Positions 1 through 9,906 of a stretch of 64,000 nucleotides of DNA are shown one piece after another. The position numbers and the translations under genes were made by a program. Source of the DNA: an uncultured Chloroflexia bacterium (GTDB taxonomy: Bacteria; Chloroflexota; Limnocylindria; Limnocylindrales; CSP1-4); NCBI GenBank assembly GCA_963748625.1, contig CAVVJT010000010.1:128001-192000 (forward strand), in the 5' to 3' direction. Each line of letters begins with the position of its first letter. The stretch's first letter is position 1. A model generated the notes under the pieces. The model saw nothing but the letters and a program-made list of their open reading frames with translations. It did not search any database and had not been told where the DNA came from.

Positions 1-332
1 ATGCCAGCCCCCGGCACCTCGAGGTGCAGCCGGGTCTTGGCCTCCTTGGGCCGGATGTCGGCGTCAGCAACGGTCCCCTCGAGGTCGACCGTGGCGTCCT
101 CGAGGCCGACCACCATGCCGGGCAGGGACCCGGCGACCTGGAGGTCGAGGTGGACGGCGTCGGCGTCGATGATCGCCTGCAGCGAGCGCGCGGCCATCTC
201 GCGCGGGTCCGTGACGGAGCTGGCCGGGGTCACGCCCGCCAGCGGGCCCGCACCCGCGAACGCACCGATCCCGATGGCGAGCAGGAGCACGACGACCAGC
301 CCCACGGCGCCCTTGAGCGCAGCGCTCGCCAT
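1..332 (-). CDS. Partial exported/membrane-anchored protein, possibly LppX/LprAFG-like; runs off the left edge
   Basis: Manual translation MASAALKGAVGLVVVLLLAIGIGAFAG...DPREMAARSLQAIIDADAVHLDLQVAG; hydrophobic N-terminus; starts 15 nt after the stop of the upstream same-strand gene; not in the ORF track. Confidence 0.6.
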   Translation of the reverse strand, partial: MASAALKGAVGLVVVLLLAIGIGAFAGAGPLAGVTPASSVTDPREMAARSLQAIIDADAVHLDLQVAGSLPGMVVGLEDATVDLEGTVADADIRPKEAKTRLHLEVPGAG

Positions 333-347
333 GCGGTCAGGCCGCGA

Positions 348-851
348 TCAGGAGCCGACGCCAGCGGGCGGCGTCGGACCCGTGCCGTGCCCGGGGGCGC
401 CCGGTGAACCGGGAGCAGGCCAAGCCGGCGTGGCCGACGGCGGGTAGGCCGGATAGACACCGGGGGCCGCCTGGGGGTAGGCCGCCGGGTAGCCCGGATA
501 CCCTCCGGGAGCGCCCGGCCAGGGGCCTTCGACCTGGACGTCGATCTGGAGCCCGCCGATCCTGCCGGCGATCCAGTTGTAGATCACGACCATGATCGCC
601 GTCATCACCCAGCCGATCACCGCGTAGAACGCGGCCCCGAGGACCAGGAACACGAGTGAGCCGATGAGGCCCGCCCCGAGGAACGCAATCCCGGAACCCG
701 AGTCGCCGCCCGCCATGCCGGCCAGGCCGCCGATCAGCATGAACGGCACGAAGAACACCAGCAGCATCACGACGATGATCACGGCGTAGAGCGCCGCGAC
801 GATGTTCGCCGTGCGCACCACGTCGAACCTGCGGACGGTGACCCGGTTCAT
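348..851 (-). CDS. DUF3566-like two-TM membrane protein with Pro/Gly/Tyr-rich tail
   Basis: MNRVTVRRFDVV...IYNWIAGRIGGLQIDV pattern; GAGGGAGA RBS before ATG 851. Confidence 0.7.
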   Translation of the reverse strand: MNRVTVRRFDVVRTANIVAALYAVIIVVMLLVFFVPFMLIGGLAGMAGGDSGSGIAFLGAGLIGSLVFLVLGAAFYAVIGWVMTAIMVVIYNWIAGRIGGLQIDVQVEGPWPGAPGGYPGYPAAYPQAAPGVYPAYPPSATPAWPAPGSPGAPGHGTGPTPPAGVGS

Positions 852-986
852 CCTGTTCTCCCTCACCAGCGGACCCCAGCAGGGCGAGTCTATCGTTGAG
901 CGACCGTCTGCAGGCGGAAGACGCCGCCCCAACCTGGGGGCGTTTCCAGGTCCCCGGACCGGCCAGGCTGCCCGGATCCGACTCGT

Positions 987-1118
987 AGGCAACGAAATCC
1001 CGCAAGCGGCCGCTCCAGCGCCCGGGATGTGCGCTTCTGCTGCCTCCACCGCAACAGCATCCCGCAAACAGCCCCGAACCGGCCCTGCGAGGCCTCTCGA
1101 TGCGGGGTTTCGTTGCCT
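987..1118. repeat. Cluster of GCAAC-N3-ATCCCGCA motifs in alternating orientation, bounded by an 18-bp inverted repeat
   Basis: AGGCAACGAAATCCCGCA 987-1004 vs TGCGGGGTTTCGTTGCCT 1101-1118 (1 mismatch); direct copy GCAACAGCATCCCGCAA 1051-1067. Confidence 0.7.
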
Positions 1119-1220
1119 TCCACGCACATGCCGACGGCTGCGCGCGAGCCGACTTCCGGCAGACGACGGCCCGGCAGCCGACGAGCCGGGACAGATGACG
1201 TCCCCCGGGGGCGATGCGTC

Positions 1221-1301
1221 CGGGGGACGTCGGTGTCATGCGCCGGATCATCGACTGGTCCGGGAGACGTCGGTGTCATGCGCCGGATCATCGACTGGTC
1301 C
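1221..1301. repeat. 40-bp tandem duplication
   Basis: CGGG(G/A)GACGTCGGTGTCATGCGCCGGATCATCGACTGGTC at 1221-1260 and 1261-1300, one mismatch. Confidence 0.9.
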
Positions 1302-1506
1302 ACGAGGCGTCAGCGACCCGCTGCGTGGACGTCCGCGAACATGCCCGCGACGAGGTGCCCGCGACTCCACAGAGCCATATGCCTCTGGGATCCCGCGCCC
1401 CGCATGGCGACACTCGGGGTGACTCCGGGCGAGCCCCGCGAGGCCCTCGTGGCTAAGGCCGCCCGAGCCCAGCGTGGGTTCGTGTACGTCCAGGAGGGAG
1501 CGGACA

Positions 1507-4053
1507 ATGTACAGACGGTTGCCTGCCTGCCTCGTCGCCGTGACGCTGCTCGCGGCCATCGTGACGCCCATGGTTGCTGCGACCGAGGGGCAGCGGCCAT
1601 TCATCGATCGGTCGGCGCCGGCGCCCGGTGGAACACAGCTGCTGCCCGGGGACGCGCCCCTCGCCGACCAGGCCTCCACCTCCACCGTCCTGGCCGTGGG
1701 CGCAGGCAGCGGACACACGTGCGTCGTCCTGAATGATGGAACCGTCGCCTGCTGGGGTGACAACTGGGGCGGCGAAGCGTCGCCACCGGCTGGCACGTTC
1801 ACCACAGTGGACCCGGGCGCTGACCACACGTGCGCGATCCGGGCCGACCGGACGCTCGCCTGTTGGGGCTGGGACGGCGATGGCCGAGCCACGCCGCCGG
1901 GCGGCACCTTCGCGGCGCTCAGCACCGGCGGCAACTACGCATGCGGCCTGCGGACCGACGGGACGCTCGCCTGCTGGGGCGCCAACCCTTGGGGTCAGAC
2001 GACCGCTCCCGCGGGGACATTCACGGCAGTCGGCGCGGGAAACGCCCACGCGTGTGCCGTCAAGAACGACGGATCCGTCACATGCTGGGGATTCAACAGC
2101 TACGGCGACACCGAGCCACCGGCCGGCTCCTTCACCTCGGTCGAGGCGGGTGCCGAGCACACGTGTGCGATCCGATTGGATGGCACGATCGCATGCTGGG
2201 GCCGCGACTTCGAAGGTCAGGCCACGCCCCCCGGCGGAACCTTCACGTCGCTGAGCGTGCAGGAGAGCCACAGCTGCGCCATCCGGACCGACGGGACGCT
2301 CGCCTGCTGGGGTTCCGACTACTTCGGCCAGGCAACGCCGCCATCTGGGACGTACACCGCTTTGAGCGCAGGAACCTCCTACGTGTGCGCGGTCAGGACC
2401 GACGGGGCCCTGGCGTGCTGGGGTTCGACCTGGAGCGGCCAGCAGGACACAGTCGTGACCCCGGCCACCGTCGACTTCGGCACCGTGCGCAGGCGCGTGG
2501 CCGACTCCCCCGAGGATGTCTCGCTCACCAACCTCTCGACGGCGGCAGCGACGGTGTCGGCCGTGGCGCTGACCGGTGCCGCGGCCGCCGACTTCTCGAT
2601 CGCCAATGACGGTTGCACAGGGGTGACCCTGCAGGCCCTCGAATCGTGTGCCGTGACGGTCGGGTTCAGGCCGTCGGCCAACGGCCTCCGCAGCGCTGCA
2701 CTGACGCTGAGCGGCGCCTCGCCGGTCGGGACACGCACGGTCAGCCTGACCGGCACCGGGTACGAGGATCCGTCCGGGATCTCCTGGAGCGCCACCTACA
2801 AGGCTGGGCCCGCCTACACCGGGACCGGTGGCAATGCGCTGGGCCGTACCGTCCAGTCGGGCACCCAGCGCCTCCATCTCGCCTACGCGACAAGCCGGAT
2901 CGGGTCGCGCTGGGCGAAGGACACCGGGCCATACGCCGGTGTCTACTACGTCCGGAGCACCTCAGGCTCGGCCTGGTCGAGCCCCAAACGGCTCAACCCG
3001 TCCACCCAGCACGCCACACGTCTCGGCCTGGCGGCCGCTGGCTCGCGTGTGTACGTCGCGTGGGTCCGACAGACGAAGATCATCCGGTACTCGCCCACGG
3101 CGCCACGGGTGCTCTACGTCCGGGTGAACACCCGCCATGGGGCATCGACCGCATGGAAGCGCGCGGTCCGCCTCACGTCCACCAGCGGACGGGTGGACTA
3201 TCCGACGGTCGCCGCATCCGGCAGCGACGTGTACGTCGCATACACCGATGCCGTGACTGGGTCCGTCAAGGTTGCGGTCAGCCGCGATCGCGGGGCAACC
3301 TGGACGAAGAAGACCGTGGGCTCCACGACCCACTCGGCGAAGGACGGCAAGGCCGCCTGGCCATCGGTCGCCGTGTATGGCTCCACCGTCGCCGTGGCCT
3401 GGATCGGCGATGGGACCGGCCTGGTGAGGACGGCCGTTTCGGTGAACCGCGGGGCGACCTGGACCTCCCAGGACAATGTGGGCACGCAGTCGAACGGCGG
3501 GCTCAGCACGGCCGTCCGCGGTGCCCGGATCGCGGTGGCCTGGACGACAGACGATAACGTCGTCCTCCGCCAGCGAACCGACGGCGTCTGGGGAGATCCT
3601 GTGATCGCTGGAAGCTACGCACCTTCGGAGAACGGCCGGGGAAGCGCGTACGTCTACGCACCTGCGGTGTCCCTCCAGGACCCCAACCGGATCGCCGTCG
3701 CCTGGTCGGAGTACCTTGACGGCTACGACGGGCGGGCAGACCTCCGCTGGTCCGAGTCGGCCGACGGCGGCATGACCTGGTTCATTGCGGACACTCTGGG
3801 AGTCGCGGCGGCCACGTCGACACGACGCCTCAACGACTGGGCCTCGGTGCTGTGGCCATCCACTGGGACCCGACTTGTCGTCTGGAATGGGTGGACCCCG
3901 GAGAGCAGCAGCTTCCGCCAGTACCTGCGGAGTGGCCGTGGCACACCCGTCGGGCCAGGGGTCGTCGCCAGCGTGTGGCAGCCGGCCGCGGACGGACCGG
4001 GCGTGGACGTGCGTAAGGCGCTCACCACATCGCCGCGGACCACCACCCCATAA
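1507..4053 (+). CDS. Secreted protein: RCC1/BLIP-II-like beta-propeller, ASH/choice-of-anchor-D-like Ig domain, BNR/Asp-box propeller
   Basis: Signal peptide; seven ~37-aa repeats G..H.C...DG...CWG; DFG...V.L.N...F.I..D.C Ig segment; Asp boxes SRDRGATW, SVNRGATW, SADGGMTW; AGGAGG RBS. Confidence 0.8.
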   Translation: MYRRLPACLVAVTLLAAIVTPMVAATEGQRPFIDRSAPAPGGTQLLPGDAPLADQASTSTVLAVGAGSGHTCVVLNDGTVACWGDNWGGEASPPAGTFTTVDPGADHTCAIRADRTLACWGWDGDGRATPPGGTFAALSTGGNYACGLRTDGTLACWGANPWGQTTAPAGTFTAVGAGNAHACAVKNDGSVTCWGFNSYGDTEPPAGSFTSVEAGAEHTCAIRLDGTIACWGRDFEGQATPPGGTFTSLSVQESHSCAIRTDGTLACWGSDYFGQATPPSGTYTALSAGTSYVCAVRTDGALACWGSTWSGQQDTVVTPATVDFGTVRRRVADSPEDVSLTNLSTAAATVSAVALTGAAAADFSIANDGCTGVTLQALESCAVTVGFRPSANGLRSAALTLSGASPVGTRTVSLTGTGYEDPSGISWSATYKAGPAYTGTGGNALGRTVQSGTQRLHLAYATSRIGSRWAKDTGPYAGVYYVRSTSGSAWSSPKRLNPSTQHATRLGLAAAGSRVYVAWVRQTKIIRYSPTAPRVLYVRVNTRHGASTAWKRAVRLTSTSGRVDYPTVAASGSDVYVAYTDAVTGSVKVAVSRDRGATWTKKTVGSTTHSAKDGKAAWPSVAVYGSTVAVAWIGDGTGLVRTAVSVNRGATWTSQDNVGTQSNGGLSTAVRGARIAVAWTTDDNVVLRQRTDGVWGDPVIAGSYAPSENGRGSAYVYAPAVSLQDPNRIAVAWSEYLDGYDGRADLRWSESADGGMTWFIADTLGVAAATSTRRLNDWASVLWPSTGTRLVVWNGWTPESSSFRQYLRSGRGTPVGPGVVASVWQPAADGPGVDVRKALTTSPRTTTP

Positions 4054-4067
4054 CCCCCGGGACAACG

Positions 4068-4101
4068 AACGGCCCCCGGAGGCGAACCTCCGGGGGCCGT
4101 T
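4068..4101. terminator. Probable bidirectional intrinsic terminator between convergent genes
   Basis: 15-bp perfect stem AACGGCCCCCGGAGG-CGAA-CCTCCGGGGGCCGTT with T-rich flanks on both strands. Confidence 0.85.
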
Positions 4102-4123
4102 GCGTTTGGTGCGAGGTGAGGGA

Positions 4124-5800
<1,677 letters not shown>

Positions 5801-6109
5801 CTAGTCCTCGACGATCGCGAGGATGTCCTTCTCACTGATGATCAGGAGCTCGTCGCCCTCGACCTTGAACTCGGTTCCGGCGTACTTCGCGTAGAGCACG
5901 CGCTGGCCGACGGCGACATCCATGGCGCCGCGGGTGCCATCGTCGAGCACCTTGCCCGGGCCGACCGCGAGGACCTCGCCCTCCTGGGGCTTCTCCTTCG
6001 CGGTGTCCGGCAGGACGATGCCCGACTTGGTCATCTCCTCGCGCGGGGTGGGCTTGATGACGAGGCGGTCGCCCAGCGGGCGGAGCTTCGCCGAAGAGGC
6101 GCTGGCCAA
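5801..6109 (-). CDS. groS: Co-chaperonin GroES
   Basis: [11 protein letters not shown]...[15 protein letters not shown]; TTG start with AGGAGG RBS. Confidence 0.97.
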   Translation of the reverse strand: MASASSAKLRPLGDRLVIKPTPREEMTKSGIVLPDTAKEKPQEGEVLAVGPGKVLDDGTRGAMDVAVGQRVLYAKYAGTEFKVEGDELLIISEKDILAIVED

Positions 6110-6310
6110 GGTTCGTTCCTCCTGTGGCGGCCGGGCACGGCCGCCGATGCCCTGGTGACACGGGAGCGGTCGGACAGGACGCCCGGGCCGATCCCAGTTC
6201 TTCATGTGAGCACCGAGCCGGGGGGTTGACCCGGGGTCCTCCTCGTCCGGTGCGCGACCTACACTGCGGCCGGTCCCGGGCGGACCCTGCGGCGTTGATC
6301 CACCGCCGGT

Positions 6311-6337
6311 TTGGCACTCTCGCGTTGAGAGTGCCAG
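6311..6337. promoter_or_regulatory. CIRCE element (HrcA operator)
   Basis: TTGGCACTC-N9-GAGTGCCAG vs consensus TTAGCACTC-N9-GAGTGCTAA, upstream of groESL. Confidence 0.93.
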
Positions 6338-6338
6338 A

Positions 6339-6367
6339 AATGTAGCGAGGTCGGCGCCACGTGTCAA
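6339..6367 (-). promoter_or_regulatory. Sigma70-type promoter of groESL
   Basis: TTGACA (6367-6362)-N17-TACATT (6344-6339), directly followed by CIRCE. Confidence 0.85.
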
Positions 6368-6380
6368 ACGCCGGGTCCCG

Positions 6381-6439
6381 CCCGCGGCCCCGCCCTGCCC
6401 TCCGTCCCCGCGGCCCCGCCATGCCCTCCGTCCCCGCGG
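6381..6439. repeat. 26-bp tandem repeat, 2.3 copies
   Basis: CCCGCGGCCCCGCC(C/A)TGCCCTCCGTC at 6381 and 6407, partial copy at 6433. Confidence 0.8.
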
Positions 6440-6444
6440 ATCCT

Positions 6445-6704
6445 CATACGCCCGCCTGGTGGGAGCTATTGGGGCGCCACCCGCCATACGTCCGCCATGC
6501 GGGAGCTATCGGCCACGAACCGGGTCGGACACCCCGTAAGGCCCACCCAGCGGGAGCAAGCGCAGGTCCAAGGGCCAGGACATCGGATAGCGCCCGCCTA
6601 GTGGGAGCAAGTGCACCTCGTGGTGGACCGCCACGCTCGGCTCCGCGGCGTGGGGCCAGTGCCTGTGACCAAGTCTCGGGATAGCGCCCACGTGGTGGGA
6701 ATAT
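6445..6704. repeat. Five degenerate ~25-bp palindromes (REP-like)
   Basis: ATA(G)CGCCCRC-N3-GYGGGAGC(T/A)A-type units; GGGA cores at 6461, 6501, 6552, 6603, 6697. Confidence 0.7.
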
Positions 6705-6872
6705 GACAAGGATGGCGCCGGAGCCGGGAGAGGGCGCCGGAGCCGGGCTTCCCACGGGTGCCCTGTCCGAGCCCGGAAGTGCTCCCGTGGACGATGTCCT
6801 ACCGAGCGATCCGCCGGTCGCCGTGCCGGGGCGCGCGCTGGAGCGCGCCTTCGTGATCTCCTGGGCTGAGCG

Positions 6873-7723
6873 TCAGCGCGGACCCGTCCGTTGGGCTGCT
6901 CGAGGGAATGCGGCGTCGTAGGCGGCGACGAGCCCGTTCCCGAACGCCTCGAGGCCGTCCTCCCCCACCCCGCGTCGCTCTGCCACCCAGCGTGCCGTGA
7001 TCGCCACGAACTCGGGCGTGTTCCGGCCGCGGTTGCCGCCCGGCGGCGACAGAAACGGCGAGTCGGTCTCGACCAGGAGCCTGTCCGCCGGCACGAGCGG
7101 CGCCACGTCCGCCGACGCCTCCTCGCCCTTGCGGAACACGAGGCCCGAGAACGAGATCACGCCGCCCAACGCCAGCATCTCGCGGGCGTAGTCCACCGGG
7201 CCGCTGAAGCTGTGCACGATCACCCGCGGCCGGTCGCCGAAGGCAGCATCGCCGGCGGCACCATCGAAGCCCGCCGCCCGCAGCTCGGCCACCAGTGCGT
7301 CCTGCGCATCACGCTCGCCCATGCGTGAGCGACAGTGGAGGATCGGCGGCTTGCCCGTGGCCAGCGCCAGGGCAAGGTTCCGGCGCAGGTTGTCGAGCTG
7401 GTCCGGCCAGGGCGAGAACATGCGGTCCGAGTCCAGACCGGTCTCACCGATCGCCACCACCCGGTCGTCCTGGGCCCAGGCCTCCACCGTCGCCCAGTCG
7501 GCCGCATCGACCTTCGCGGCATCGTGGGGGTGCACGCCAACCGAGGCGTCCATCCAGGCCCAGCGGCTCACGACCTCGAGGGCGCGCTCCGACGAGCGGA
7601 TGTTCCAGCCGGGCACGAGGAGCCGCTCGAGGCCCGCGGCAGGCGGCGCTCGCCGACGACCTGCTCGAGGTCGTCGTCGAAGCGGTCCGCGTTGAGGTGC
7701 CCGTGCGCGTCGACCAGACGCAT
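6873..7723 (-). CDS. tatD: TatD family hydrolase, one apparent frameshift near 7645
   Basis: MRLVDAHGHL in one frame; VGVHPH, VAIGETGLD, ILHCR, VHSFSG, LVETDSPFL in the next frame. Confidence 0.88.
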
Positions 7724-7726
7724 GGG

Positions 7727-8178
7727 CTAGGCCGGGTCGAGCGCGCTGCGGATCTGCTCGACGTGCTGCAGCCGGTGCGGTGCCCGCTCCACCCAGTTGG
7801 GGCTGTCGGCGGCCCGAGCGCCGGCGACCTGCTCGTCGGTGAGCGAGGCGGCGACGATGTCCATCGCCGCGGCGGCCTCGAGGCACAGGGCGGCGGCGGC
7901 CTCGCCGGGAACGGCACGCCAGGTGGGCTCGAGCGCGTCGTTGTTGCGGTTCGTGACGTCGCTGGAGGCTGCGGCGGGCAGGACCATCCCTCCTCGGCCG
8001 CGTGGCGCCAGCGGGCTGCATGCCACGTGTCCCAGAACGCGAGGTGGGCCAGCGCCATCGACACCGTCCACCCGCCGCCGAGGTCCTCGCCGAGGTCGTC
8101 CACGGACAGCCCGGACACGAGATCCGCGAGGGCTGCGGTCGCCTCGGCGTTGGCGAGCTCGAATGCGCGGTCGCTCAT
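7727..8178 (-). CDS. DinB/MDMPI-like metal-binding helical protein, frameshift near 7988
   Basis: GGGWTVSMALAHLAFWD in ORF 7444..8178; C-terminal HRLQHVEQI in ORF ending 7727; ATGA overlap with metG. Confidence 0.72.
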
Positions 8179-9836
8179 GCGCGGCTTCCTGCGGCGGGGT
8201 CAGCGTCGGCGGCTTCGGCCTCCAGGCGCGGGAACAGCGGCTGCGGGGTCTCGATGACCTTGCCGGCCTCCCACGTGGCACCCCACTCGAGCTGGCCGAG
8301 GATCGCGGGTCCGCCGTTGCCGTCCGGCCCGTACGCCCAGCCGTAGCCCAGCTGCTCGAGGATCCGCGGGGCCGCGGCCGGCATGAACGGCGCCACCGCA
8401 AGGCCGATGAGCCGGCAGGCCTCGATGAGGTCGGCGAGGACCAGCCGGAGTCGCGCCCCGGCAGCCTCGTCGCCCGCCTTCGCAGCCTTGGCGAGGTTCC
8501 ACGGCTGCTCCGCATCCACGGTCTTGTTGGCGCCGCCCACGAACTCCCAGAGCTCCGCGAGCGCATCGTGCAGGCGGTAGGTGGCGAGCTCGTCCTGGTA
8601 CAGCCGCAGCGTGTCCGCCCAGCCCTCGGCCAGCGGGGACTCACCGGAGGGACGTGGGGCCGGCCGCTCGCCCCCGAGGTAGCGGTTCACCATCGACACG
8701 GTCCGGTTGACCAGGTTGCCGAAGTCGTTGGCGAGGTCCGCGTTGTAGCGGCGGACGAAGCTGTCCCAGTTGACGTCGGTGTCCTTGTCGAAGGCGACCT
8801 CGCGCAGCGTCACGTAGCGCGCGCCGTCGGCCCCGAATGCGGCGACCACCGCGTGCGGGTCGAGGAAGTTGCCGCGGCTCTTGGACATGCGCTCGCCCGA
8901 CACCAGCAGCCAGCCGTGGACCCAGACGTGCTTGGGCGCGTCGAGCCCGGCGGACCACAGCATCGCCGGCCAGTAGATGGTGTGGAAGCGCGCGATGTCC
9001 TTGCCGATGACGTGCAGGTCGGCCGGCCACCAGTGCTGGAACATCTCGATGTCGCCCGGGAAGCCGGCGCCGGTGATGTAGTTGATCAGCGCGTCGTACC
9101 AGACGTAGATCGTGCCGGCCTCCGGATCCCAGGAGCCGTCCTCACGCTGGGCGGTCTGACCGTCCTCGCCGATGGGGAACGGGATGCCCCAGGTGGCCCC
9201 TGCGCGGCTGATCGAGAAGTCCTCGAGGCCCTGGCGGATGAAGCCGAGCATCTCGTTGCGCCGGTAGTCCGGCTGCACGAAGTCCGGGTTGGCCTCGTAG
9301 TAGTCGAGCAGGCGCTGCTGGTAGGCCGAGAGGCGGAAGAACCAGTTCTTCTCTGTCAGGTACTGGAGCGGCATGCCCTGGTGGTTGGGACACTGCATGC
9401 CCTGCGCGGTCTCGAGCAGGTCCGACGGGGCCTTGAAGCCCTCGCTCGGGCAGTACCAGCCCTCGTATGTGCCCTGGTAGATGTCGCCGGTCTCGAACGC
9501 CCGGCGAACCATCTCCTGGGCGGAGAGGTAGTGGTCCGGGTCGGTGGTGCGGATGAAGCGGTCCGGGCTGATGAGCAGCGCATCCTCGGCAGAGGTGAAC
9601 AGCTGCACCTTCTCGTCCACGAACTCGCGCGGTGTGCGGCCCTGGGCCTCGGCGGCCTGGGCGATGTTGACGCTGTGCTCGTCGGTGCCGGTCAGGAACC
9701 GGGTGTCGTCGCCCTGCATCCGGTGCCAGCGCGCGATGACATCGGCGCCGATGACCTCGTACACGGTGTGGAGGCCGGGCGCGTTGTTCGCGTAGGCGAT
9801 GGCGGTCGTGAGGTAGAAGCGACGACGATCGGACAT
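8175..9836 (-). CDS. metG: Methionyl-tRNA synthetase, short form, non-canonical HIGH motif
   Basis: FYLTTAI.Y, TGTDEH, FIRTT, YVWYDALINY, IGKDIARFH, RMSKS, LANDFGNLVNR. Confidence 0.96.
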   Translation of the reverse strand: MSDRRRFYLTTAIAYANNAPGLHTVYEVIGADVIARWHRMQGDDTRFLTGTDEHSVNIAQAAEAQGRTPREFVDEKVQLFTSAEDALLISPDRFIRTTDPDHYLSAQEMVRRAFETGDIYQGTYEGWYCPSEGFKAPSDLLETAQGMQCPNHQGMPLQYLTEKNWFFRLSAYQQRLLDYYEANPDFVQPDYRRNEMLGFIRQGLEDFSISRAGATWGIPFPIGEDGQTAQREDGSWDPEAGTIYVWYDALINYITGAGFPGDIEMFQHWWPADLHVIGKDIARFHTIYWPAMLWSAGLDAPKHVWVHGWLLVSGERMSKSRGNFLDPHAVVAAFGADGARYVTLREVAFDKDTDVNWDSFVRRYNADLANDFGNLVNRTVSMVNRYLGGERPAPRPSGESPLAEGWADTLRLYQDELATYRLHDALAELWEFVGGANKTVDAEQPWNLAKAAKAGDEAAGARLRLVLADLIEACRLIGLAVAPFMPAAAPRILEQLGYGWAYGPDGNGGPAILGQLEWGATWEAGKVIETPQPLFPRLEAEAADADPAAGSRA

Positions 9837-9906
9837 GGTCAGCCGATGGTAGCAGCGTGCCGGAGCGCGGCGGCATGTGGCCGCGACTGGGGATGCCCGC
9901 CGAGGA

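Noticed and set aside
1221-1301. CRISPR array
   Set aside because: Two adjacent copies with no spacer, and no cas genes
6445-6704. Canonical CRISPR array
   Set aside because: Repeats too degenerate and spacing irregular; kept only as a REP-like finding
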